64,000 nt of DNA, from contig CT868670.1 of the NCBI GenBank assembly GCA_000165425.1, positions 248,001-312,000 of the forward strand, written 5' to 3'. Both the position numbers and the translations under genes were made by a program. Below the pieces are notes generated by a model. The model made no database searches. It was not told the DNA's origin and saw only the letters and a program-made list of their open reading frames with translations. The DNA comes from Paramecium tetraurelia (Eukaryota). Below are positions 1-11,513 of this stretch, one piece after another. Positions within the stretch are counted from its first letter, which is position 1. Each line of letters begins with the position of its first letter.

Positions 1-265
1 TAAATAATTTAATGAGGTTTTAATTCAAGACCTTCTTTAATGGTCCTCTATTAAGTGAATTGATAGTAAGTGGGTCATCATCAAAGAATGCAGCCCTGGG
101 TACATTTGCTTTAGTTTATGACTCTGAAAATAAAACCTAGAGATTCTAAGAGCTTGGAGCAGAACCATCAGGTTGAATTCCGTGTTCTAAACAAAGCAAT
201 TCCCAAGCAGTATTTCCTATTTGGATTCCAGCTTATCCAACATGAAATTAAAGAATCTCTCTCAT
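1..265 (-). CDS. Divergent alpha-tubulin-like protein, N-terminal part (runs off the window start)
   Basis: Ciliate-code translation from ATG at 265: [75 protein letters not shown]. It has the tubulin MRE..HVGQAG.Q.GN..WEL motif and the alpha-type [10 protein letters not shown] motif. Confidence 0.85.
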
Positions 266-328
266 TTTGTAATAAATAATTATATTGTGATGTGTTTTTA
301 TATATTGATTTGTATATAAATTGATTTA

Positions 329-1679
<1,351 letters not shown>

Positions 1680-1847
1680 TTTTAAAGTGCTATGTGATGA
1701 AAACTCTCTAAAAAAATTATTTGAATTTCAGCAGTTACTTTCATATTTGAATATCCAAAATATCCTTGCACCGGGGTACATTAAATTTGAATTATTATTC
1801 ATTTTTATACAATCCAATATAAAAACTATATTTTATAAAATAAGTAT

Positions 1848-2833
1848 ATGCTTCCAATTCTAATTCTCACCTTTATTACGTTGGCTCGATAAGAAACAAC
1901 CAAACTTAATTTTTCATAGTTTGATGAACCACTCAAAATCAAATAAATCTACTATTTAACACGCTTCATAGATTTAGAAAAGTCACTAAATTTGACAACG
2001 CAATAAACCCAAGAAAATGCCAATTTTGCATTAGAATTGTGGATCAACACTGAAAATGTCCTAAATCAGACGACAAATAAAACAAGCAACCATTCAATTT
2101 TAAACATCATAGACAATAAATAATTTCAAAGCATTATTCCATAAGATCAAGAAGGATTGCAAGCAACAGAGTAATATATTGAATAGTGGCAAAACTAAAC
2201 AGATGTATAACTTATTCTATCAATTTATAGGATGATAAAAGTATAATCTTATAGATTGTCATTCAAAACATTAATGAAATGATTTAATCAGAAGATCCTG
2301 AAAACTATAACCAAACTATTTTGATTGAACAAATCTCTAATCAAACCAACATCCTTGATGAAAATAAGAAAAACATAAATACAACTACATACATTTCTCC
2401 TTTGACTTGGTAGCATGCAAATGTAAGTTAGGAAGAAATGGCAATAGCATATTTTTTTTATGATACCAAAATCAAAAATCTCACAGTCTAAGAAGAGTTC
2501 AATAATTTGACTACCCAAGATGCTGCTGCTTTAATAAGTGCGTTTGAAAAATTCTTTGTTAATACTAGTAAAAATCAAAATACAACCTCAAATACTAATA
2601 CATCAACCAATATTAGCTCAAAAGGAGAAAAGCCTATTGAAAAAGAAGATGAACTTCCTTTCCCTTAGTCCAATAATGATAGCGAAGATCCAATTTATAT
2701 GTATTTGGTGTTTGCTTTAATGTTCTTCATGTTGATAGCTATCTTGTTCCTTTTGAGAAGGTATTTGATATAGTAAAAACTCATTACCTTCTAAATGAAT
2801 GAGGAATCCAATGTTTAAGGATTCCAGGCCTGA
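1848..2833 (+). CDS. Hypothetical type I membrane protein (signal peptide plus C-terminal TM helix)
   Basis: Starts MLPILILTFITLARQE and ends IYMYLVFALMFFMLIAILFLLRRYLIQQ...GFQA*. One 26-nt GT..AG intron (2205-2230) restores the frame (960 nt). Confidence 0.75.
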
Positions 2834-2884
2834 TTATTGAATTTTTTTGTGTAATTTTTAACTCAAATTTATATTTAATTGAGA

Positions 2885-4163
2885 ATGGATAAGAATGTCT
2901 CTACAAAACTCAAAAATTTTGAAACAGTGAATTGGTTGAAAAACCGATTTAAGAATTAGGTTAGAGATAAATATATTTTAAATGATAAAGAACTCAAGGA
3001 ACAAATTATGATGAAAGCTGTTTTCAAATCTATTGATAGAGATAAATCAAGTTTCATTTTATTCTTTCACCTTATTTTTAGAATTCTTAGATAGGTAAGA
3101 ACTCTATGATATGTTCAAACGATATGGCATCAACATAACGAAGACTAAACTCAAAGAATTCTTTAAAAGAATCGATTAAGATGAAGATGGTAAACACATC
3201 ATTTATCTCAGACAAACTCAATTGGACTGATTTCAAATAAGCCTTGCAAAACTAAGAAGCACTGTAAAGTAAGCTTTACATCTTAAATAAATAGTGTTTG
3301 CCGAACTCATGAGAAAAATAAAGGAGTCTACAGAAAGGAAAGGAAAAAATGATCAATTAAATTTTATCCCATTGAGCTTTCCAAACATGATACAATACAT
3401 GAATTACTGTGTATTGAGAGAAGAACTTATACAAAAGATAAATTCTAGTTAGTTGAATACTTAGTAGAAGGTTAAGCAATGCAAAAATCTTTTGTCTTTA
3501 GAGGACATTTGTTATAATAAAGTTGTTGAATTAAAAGACGATGAAGATAATGAAATAGAGGAAGCTGATTTTATTAAGTCAGCTAAAAAATCTAGTGATT
3601 ATCAATAAATTGCTATTTTAAAAAGATTACAGGAAAAAGAATAAATAGAATAACGCTAGGTAGTTGTTAATATTATGACTTAGAGTCGAATAAGAAAATT
3701 AAGCACATCTCAGTACTACAAATCAGAATAGGACTAAACGAATCGTTCTATGAGAAGAAAGAGCAAGCAACTCAGCACTGATAAGAATTAATATGCTTAA
3801 CCTGAATTCAAATTATTTGATTAATTAGTTTCCGATAATTAAAATGAACTACCACCCATTCATACTGAAAACTAACAAAGAATTCACATTCCTATGCTGA
3901 TGTCTGAAAGAATCTATGAAAGTGATAATCCTTATAAATACAATCATAAAGTTAAGAAGTATAAAAACGATTCTTCTTCTACAGAAATCCCAAAAGGACA
4001 ACATTTTACTACATAGCATCTTATAGTATTTTAATTATACTTATAAATTCAATAGAATCTTAGAACCCCAATGAAATTGTCATTAAGAATGAATTAACAT
4101 TCCCCAAAGAGGATTAGAATAATATCTTAAACGGAGCTATCAAGACTAGCCAATAAAGGATGA
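2885..4163 (+). CDS. EF-hand calcium-binding protein with low-complexity C-terminus
   Basis: MDKNVSTKLK; EF-hand loops VFKSIDRDKS-KFLDRQEL and FFKRIDQDED, interrupted by short introns; TGA at 4161-4163. Confidence 0.75.
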
Positions 4164-4716
4164 TTTATAAAATTCTAAATTCTATTTACAATTTTTATAA
4201 AGTAATCGAATTAAGAACATCAATTTCTATGTTGATGAAATATTTGATTACCTCAAAATCTTTAAAAAATTATTAGTAATTGATAGATATATACTTTTCT
4301 GAATAATATTTCCATTTCAATATTGTTTTTTATTTTAATGGATCATATTAAGTCTCATTAATCTTAAAAACAAACAAATTAGATATAATTCAATGGAAAT
4401 TAAAATAATAATTAAAGTTTAAGAATGTTTTTCAAATTTTTTATTTACATTTGATCAATTAAAATATAAAAGTCATATAAAAGATCTATAAATTTTGTAG
4501 ATAATGAATGATATTTTAATAATACATTAAAATATACATGCAATTGGACTATTAAAATTATTAAAAACTTCTTTAAATGTTAGAATTTATAATACAAATT
4601 TAAGAGTTTATGTGAATTTAGAGATATGAAATGTAAATGATGTGGATAAAGTAAAGGGAGAATGGAGTAAAAATTAATATATAAAATATTAATATATTTT
4701 AAATCTTTAATTTAAA

Positions 4717-5160
4717 ATGGTTAAGATGAATGTTCTCAATGATTGCCTTCGTTCAATTGTCAATGCTGAAAGGTATTAAAAATTATTTAATTTGAAAAGA
4801 CAAGGAAGAAAATAAGTGTTAATTAGACCAACATCAAAATTAGTTGTGAAATTTTTGCAAGTGATGTAGAGACATGGATATATTGGAGAATTTGAAATCG
4901 TCGATGATCATAGAAGTGGAAAGATTGTCGTTGAATTATTGGGTAAAAATATTTGTTTACTTTAAGGACGCATCAATAAATGTGGAGTCATCTCACCTCG
5001 TTATGATGTGACCTTAGGGGAATTTGAAAGATGGGCAAATAACATTTTACCTGCCAGATAATTTGGATGCGTTGTGTTAACCACAAATGTTGGCATTCTT
5101 ACTCATGAAGAAGCTAGATAAAGACATATCGGAGGTAAAATCCTTGGTTTCTTTTATTGA
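4717..5160 (+). CDS. RPS15A: 40S ribosomal protein S15A (uS8)
   Basis: [29 protein letters not shown]...[34 protein letters not shown]...GGKILGFFY*. Introns at 4773-4799 and 4943-4966 give 130 aa. Confidence 0.98.
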
Positions 5161-5205
5161 TTTTATTACAATGTACATTCATAAACATACAATATAAATA
5201 ATTAA

Positions 5206-6423
5206 ATGAGTAGTGCAGTTACTAGGGCAGGTTAAAAGGTACTTGATTTAACTTTTAAGGTAGTGGAAAGAATTTTGGGGTTAACAGATAACAAAGAATA
5301 CCTAATTGGAAGACAAGAAGAATGAAGCTTACGAACTAAACAATTATTTTTAAATGGCTGAAAGAACATTGGTTACAATCAGCTAATGTCATTCATGTAT
5401 CATTTAATATAAATGCAGAATTATAAATACAATACAACCAATTTGCCATGATTGTCACTAAAATATTTGAGCATGAAATAGGATCTAATAAATTAATTGC
5501 GACTAATCTTGTGAAGATGTTCCAAAAGATATCAGAATTACATGGTGAGAAGGTGACACCCGTTTATTAGTTGAAACTTGAGTTGAAGCCTTGGTTTGAC
5601 ACTATGGAATAGATAAAGATCTTATTGGAAAGATATTAGGAGGATAGGTTAATTTATGATCATTATAAGTTAAAAATGAAAGAATTGTAAAATAGTAAGG
5701 ATTCAGATAAGATCAATAGAGTATGAATTATTATGTAATTTAGAATGAAAGAAAATTAGAAAAGGCAACTACAGCTTATTAAAATATTTGCATTGACATG
5801 ATTGGTAAAATGGATAATATAATCTCAAATAAATTAAGAATGATGAACTTTGTATTATCCTCAATTATTAGCATAGAACATGATGTTTCTTCGTAAGAGA
5901 GTAAACGATTTTAAGAATCTTTGGATTTTGATAAGGAATTTTCAAATGGTAACACAATTAAATCTGTTTAACCAGAAAATTAAGAATAGGAAAATAACTT
6001 TATAAATAAAACCAGAAAATTATTAAATTTGTAATCTACCTTAGAAGTCCAATAAATTGAAAAATCACATCAAGTTAAACAATAATAATTTGGGGAAACC
6101 CCTACGCCAAATCCAGATACTGATCCATTTGAAGAATTTAATAGAGTTTCAGCATAATTTGCTGGAGAATTTAAAGAGGATTCAGAGTCTCCGGCATTGT
6201 GTAAGGATTTAAAGACTTCAAAGTTAAACCAATAATAAAAACTATCATAAATTTAATAATAATAAGAATAATTTTATTAAACTATTAAAAATTAAAGAAA
6301 GTAGTTAGAATAATCAGATATAAAGTAATCAAATTAAAGTGATGTTAATTAAGGCTTTCCAAACCCCTTTATATCATCCTAATAACAATTACCATAATAA
6401 TAATAACAATAATAATAACAATA

Positions 6424-6454
<31 letters not shown>

Positions 6455-6483
6455 TAGTAATAATAATAGTAATAATAACAATA

Positions 6484-6553
<70 letters not shown>

Positions 6554-6976
6554 TAATAATAACACTAATAACAATAATTGTCATAATCATAATAGCAATA
6601 GCAACATTAATTCTAATAACAATAAGATTTTAGACTAAGCTAATCAATGGTTATTTAATCCAATGTACCTTGGAATCCTTTTGATGAAGGTTAAAATAAT
6701 TAACAATCATTTAGAAAAAGTGTTAGAAATCCTTTTGATGATGAGGTTGATGATACCTATGTTCAATAATAGCAAAATTAAAATTAAAATCAATAATTAC
6801 AAATTCATTCATAAATCCTATCATCCAGATCTAATAATCCATTTGCAAATGAGAATAATCAATAAGCTCCTCCAAGAATGTTTTAAACTTATTAACCAAG
6901 TAACCCATTTGCTGATTATGGTAATGAGCATTAAAAGTAACCAAATTAAAATACATCAAAGAACCCTTTCATTTGA
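5206..6976 (+). CDS. BAR-domain-like endocytic adaptor with polyQ tract and NPF motifs
   Basis: Helical N-terminal region with RYQEDRLIYDHYKLKMKELQNSKDSDKINR-NERKLEKATTAY (amphiphysin/BAR-like), a DPF motif, a Gln run and six NPF motifs; ends KNPFI*. Confidence 0.75.
6395..6562 (+). repeat. (TAA/CAA/TAG)n trinucleotide tract encoding about 56 consecutive Gln
   Basis: 168 nt of TAA-dominated triplets, in frame with the flanking coding sequence (...SSQQQLP[Q]n HQQQQLSQ...). Confidence 0.95.
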
Positions 6977-7018
6977 ATATTAAATATTTAATATTTTACA
7001 TACTAAATTAGTTATTAA

Positions 7019-8746
7019 TCATTTTATTTATCCTCCATTAGAACCAGTTAGTCTGGTTGTACTTCCTTTGACCTTCTTTTTGAATAATTTATCATCTTCA
7101 TCCTACTTGTCATCATCCAAACCTTAAGCATAGACCATTTAATCCATATCTGCCATTTCCATAATATCATTGACCTTTTCTTTAAAATAGTCATTCTAAT
7201 AATATAGAGTGTTGGATAGTGATGGATCTGTGTAACTTTCCCAGTAAGCCTTATCCTTTTTCTCCAAACAACTATCCTTTCTAACTTTATAGACTAAACC
7301 ATTTCCTTCAATTTGCATCAAAGAAAAAGGGAAGACGCTCTTGGAATTCACTGGTTGTTATTGATTTTAGATCTTGTAAATGGGAAAGGAATCGGAAAGT
7401 ACCTAATCAAATGTAAATTAATATTTCCTAGCCTCTAAATATAAGGTAGCCAAGAACCTAGCAACACTTTCCATTTTTTCATCTGGAGGTTCTTAAGGAA
7501 TCACAGGAGGAGGGGGAAGAATGATAGGTGGTTAAGGGGCCGGAGGAAGTATTACAATGGGTTTTTCTTCATACTTTTGTTTTTCTATAATTAAATCTTC
7601 AATTTATTTTTCATATTTAACAATTTAGTCTTCCTTTTTTTGTTTTTCCCTTCTTTAGATTTCATTTTGTTCCTTCCAACTCAATATTTCTTTAGTAATA
7701 TGATCAAACATCTCATCTTACTTTTCAACTACATTGATGTTGCATTTTTCCGGGCAATCCCTTACAAAACAATCTTTTGGCCATTATTTAATTTCTGAAT
7801 TACTGTCTTTTTCTCTTTTAGATTGATCAAAGAATTCTTTAATGAATTTACAAAAAGTGAATCTCCTATCAATTTCCATTGCCTTTTCTCTCTGAACACT
7901 TTGATCAATCAAATACGAAACCATCAATATGTCTTTCTTTAACATAACAATCTTCTACCCTAAATTCTCCATCTCAATAACTCCTCTTGAATTCTGGGGA
8001 TTGCCTCTTCTCAATTTCATAGTTCTATCCATTGGTTAGGTACGAGGACGAAAGGCTAAATGTGGATTATTATCTTCATAATAGGGGTGCATAAGATATC
8101 TGGTTAGAGGGCGAGAAAAATGTTATCTCTATTTTTTAAAGTAGGCGTATAATTATTCCTAAGTAGATTACATTTATATATTAATGGTCTTAGGTAGGGG
8201 TAGCTTGAGCTTGAGAAATTCTGTAAAGTCGATTTCTACATCTTTTCCGCTCTTTTGGTCAAGAAGTGATAAATATTACTCAAAGTCTTCAATATGAACA
8301 GGGTTGCTTAGTTTTTCATTAATTGTCGAGAGGAAATGAATATCCTCTTCGGTTAATTCGTAAGCTGTGCCATCTGGATAGACAGGTGCCTTGTAAGAGA
8401 TGTAATCCTCACGGCATTTTGTAGGAAGCTGCGATTTTAATGTGGGCTCTTCAAATTATTTGGGTCTAAATAATAATGAGTATAATATAAAAATAAATAT
8501 GGCGGGGGTCAAGGAGCAAGCTGTTACAAACCACAATAAAGTAGTATGAAAATGTTCCACTTGCTCCTTATTAGTAATTGATTGAATATATGCAATTTAC
8601 TTTTCTTTTAAGAGTTGATCAGGTGTGATGATTTATTCCGTGTTTTTTATGTCTACTTCTTGCCCTTCTGCATTAGTGAATGCTTCTAGACTGTTGGAGA
8701 TCAGGACTGGTTTTGTTGGATCGATCTTACTTGGTCTTGATTTCAT
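7019..8746 (-). CDS. EPL1: Enhancer of Polycomb-like protein (EPL1/EPC, NuA4 HAT subunit)
   Basis: N-terminus MKSRPSKIDPTKPVLI resembles EPC SFRARALDASKPL. It also has YELTEEDIHFLSTIN...IEDFEQYLSLLD, LYAYFKKQR, DNNPHLAFRPR and QREKA, which match EPcA domain motifs. The start could lie slightly upstream. Confidence 0.8.
8466..8600 (-). other. Putative unusually long (135 nt) structured intron or insertion in the EPL1 gene
   Basis: GT at 8600 and AG at 8466 join GAA AA|A CCC in frame. It contains a perfect 10-bp inverted repeat (8511-8520 / 8560-8569) and a GC-rich tail. Confidence 0.55.
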
Positions 8747-8869
8747 TTTCTTGGGTGCCCAATCGATTAATAATTAAAGAAACTTGAATATATAGGAAGA
8801 TACTATCCCAAGGAAAACCAAAAACATTACAAATCAAACTAAAAACACTCCAAACACCTTCAAAAACAA

Positions 8870-9394
8870 ATGTCCCCTCCTCTTTTCCACCCATCATTAA
8901 ATTCCTTATTAGTATGCTCAGACCGTACCAATCAGCTCTTCATTTCCAAAACTTCATCCTAGAATCCTCCAGATCCTCATTCTGATATTCTCTAAACCAA
9001 ATACAACATACAGAGACTCTCATTATTATAATTATTAATCAACTTAATTGAAATTGGTGAAAAATATTGTGTTTTTCAACTTAAGTTCAACTCAAGTTCC
9101 ACTAAAATTTTGATATATAGATTTCTAAACCATTCCAATCAATTTCAGATGTAATTCCTACAAAATGATACCTCATTTTAAATTAGAAACTCATTACTTT
9201 AGAAATAATACATTTACTCTTTTTTCATTTTGTAATTAGGAATGACATATCAACTTCACTTGTTTAGAGATTTCAGATTTTATGTTCCAATTTTAGGTAG
9301 GAGTCAACTCAAAGTTGCTCTTGACTTTAAAATTGCATCCTAATTTATCTAAAAACAATTCAATTTTCTCCATCTTCATGTAAACATTTTTTGA
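8870..9394 (+). CDS. Possible hypothetical protein or decayed gene
   Basis: 174 codons without TGA, starting MSPPLFHPSLNSLL. No recognisable motif, and long TGA-free frames arise by chance in this code. Confidence 0.25.
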
Positions 9395-9860
9395 AATGAG
9401 AACATTTTGATATTGAATAGAATGTGGAATTCAATTGTTTTCTTCGTGATACTCAACTCTATTTACGATTCATTACTTCAAAAAATTATAAACTGATAGT
9501 GAAAATTTAGAAATTGATTAAACCAATAATAAGTTCTCTTTCATTTCCATCCTAAAATTTATGAGGATATAAGAAGAATAGTCTTGTCTTCATATTTATA
9601 TTCTTTTCCCAATATATTATTACTCCTTAAAAATGATAATTTGATAATAATTGGAACTACATCTAAATTCATCTTACTCATTATTTTGATCATCTATTAA
9701 ATAACTACATAAGTTTATTACACAAGAGAAATGTGAAATATTAAACTTAAAAATAGAGGTGGAAAAATTAATATTTAATTGATAATCTTTTTCATAAATA
9801 TATATATATTTTTAAATAATAGATATAAATAATATAATAATTATTTATATTATTTGATAT

Positions 9861-10585
9861 TCATTCTGCTAATAAGGGTTATTCTAAATCTGAGGTGACA
9901 TCATTGTCATTCTTTTTACCTATTTTTTTAATATCTGGTTTTCCCTCATCTTAAAACAACTCAGGATGAGCAGACTTAAGTTAGGTTTCTATCAAGGCTA
10001 TGGTTGCTCTGTCATTTGAAGTGTATATGATTTATTCTAAATATGTCTCCGCTAGTATAAACTGTTTAAATGAATGCATCAAACTTGATATAATTACCTA
10101 TAATTATGTAGGATTGTTTAATATACCTATCTTGGATACCCAAAATATCTAACACCTACTTCATTAATAACGATTTATTGCAAGGATGACTCTTTAACTT
10201 ATTTTGCCAATTAGTTAAAGGCCATCTCAACAAGCTTGTTTTCATTGAATTAACCACCTCTCCACATTGGAATACACACTAGAAATATCTTTTTTTCTTT
10301 ATTGTTTATTTGATAACAATTTCCATATTCAAATGAGCCCTGATTATCTTATAAACTTTCTTATGCAGCGTTAATCAACTAATTTGAAAATAAGGGGGAA
10401 AGTCCTTTTGTGCTAACAGCAAAGACAGAGCTATCAATTTTAGAGGAATCACCAGGGACATAGACAACTTTGATTTTGGTTTTGCTATTAATAATGTCGA
10501 CTCTGTTAGGATTCCAATTATCTGGTAACTCACTCTATTTTCTATCTTTAACACTCTCTTCGTCTTTACAACATTGACAACCCAT
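9861..10585 (-). CDS. Divergent macrodomain-like protein with N-terminal myristoylation/palmitoylation motif
   Basis: Starts MGCQCCK. IFLVCIPMWRGGQFNENKLVEMAFNQLAKQVKESSLQQIVINEVGVRYFGYPR parallels the macrodomain pattern IIHAVGP.W.GG...E..LL..AY...L.......SIAFPAISTGIYGYP. Confidence 0.7.
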
Positions 10586-10606
10586 GTGTTTATAAATTAA
10601 ATTATA

Positions 10607-11490
10607 TCATATATTTTCAAAGTCAATTTTAATTGGAAATATTTCTTCTGGTAATACAGAATGGATATATTTATTCGCTATTCCCAATCTTTTTGTCTGG
10701 TGCTTTTAAATAATTTTAGGCTATTGTTCTGGTTATTCAAGAGAAGCCTTATATTAAGAATTAGCTTCTTTAATTGCCTATAATTTCATCTTGTTGTTAA
10801 TAGATTATATCTCCTTAATGTTATTGGAATGTTCTTTAAATTATTGCACAAGTTACTATGATATTTATTATTATTTCTTTTATTATAATCGCATCAGATG
10901 TCTATCTCCTTGTCTACTAATAATATTCTAGCCGATATTGAATTCCTGACAAAAAGACCTTTCCTGTTGAATCTATAATTTTGCTTATCTTTTTTCTCGA
11001 TTTTACTATTTTATTTATTGTCTCTATTGATTTTCTCTATCTTCCCAATACTGCAATTACTTAGATATATCAGGTTAGTTATTTTTTCTTCCAACACTAT
11101 AGCTTAAATTAAAATTTTATTATTAAAAGAATATCGGTAATTCTACCTATAATGCTTACTTTTTGTTAGTAACAGATTTTGTTCTTAGATGCTATCTTGT
11201 AGCATTTGTAACTAATTTCAATTTTTATTGCTACTTTTCTGGATTGGTGGTTTCTAATTCAAAACTGTCCTATTGAAAAATAAATGTTTGTAAGGCAGTT
11301 TTAGGTTTGTCAGTTTAAGTAATAGTTCTCATATTAGTTGAGGCAGTAGGACAGTTTTATTTGATTTAAGTAAACTAAAAGAGATTCAACTGTTTTTAAA
11401 TAGAACTGAAAAAAAGATGAGTTGAAATTTATTCACATTCAGGCAATTTTGAAATGTTTTTTTTCTTTTTATTTTTTTAATCAATTCCAT
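10607..11490 (-). CDS. Hypothetical coiled-coil protein
   Basis: MELIKKIKEKNISKLPECEQ ... PEEIFPIKIDFENI*; Q/E/K-rich, heptad-like composition. Confidence 0.65.
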
Positions 11491-11513
11491 TTTTATAAAA
11501 TCTCACTTCAATT

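Noticed and set aside
6339..6638. Poly-Asn, poly-Ile and poly-Leu ORFs listed in the ORF track
   Set aside because: These are wrong-frame or antisense readings of the (TAA)n tract. The frame continuous with the flanking NPF-containing protein reads poly-Gln.
8500..8520. U12-type branch point (TCCTTGAC) or Y-RNA-like 3' end in the EPL1 long intron
   Set aside because: The 5' splice site is not RTATCCTT, the motif is part of the hairpin stem, and there is no complementary 5' strand for a Y-RNA terminal stem. Canonical C/D or H/ACA boxes are also not evident, so no RNA family was assigned.
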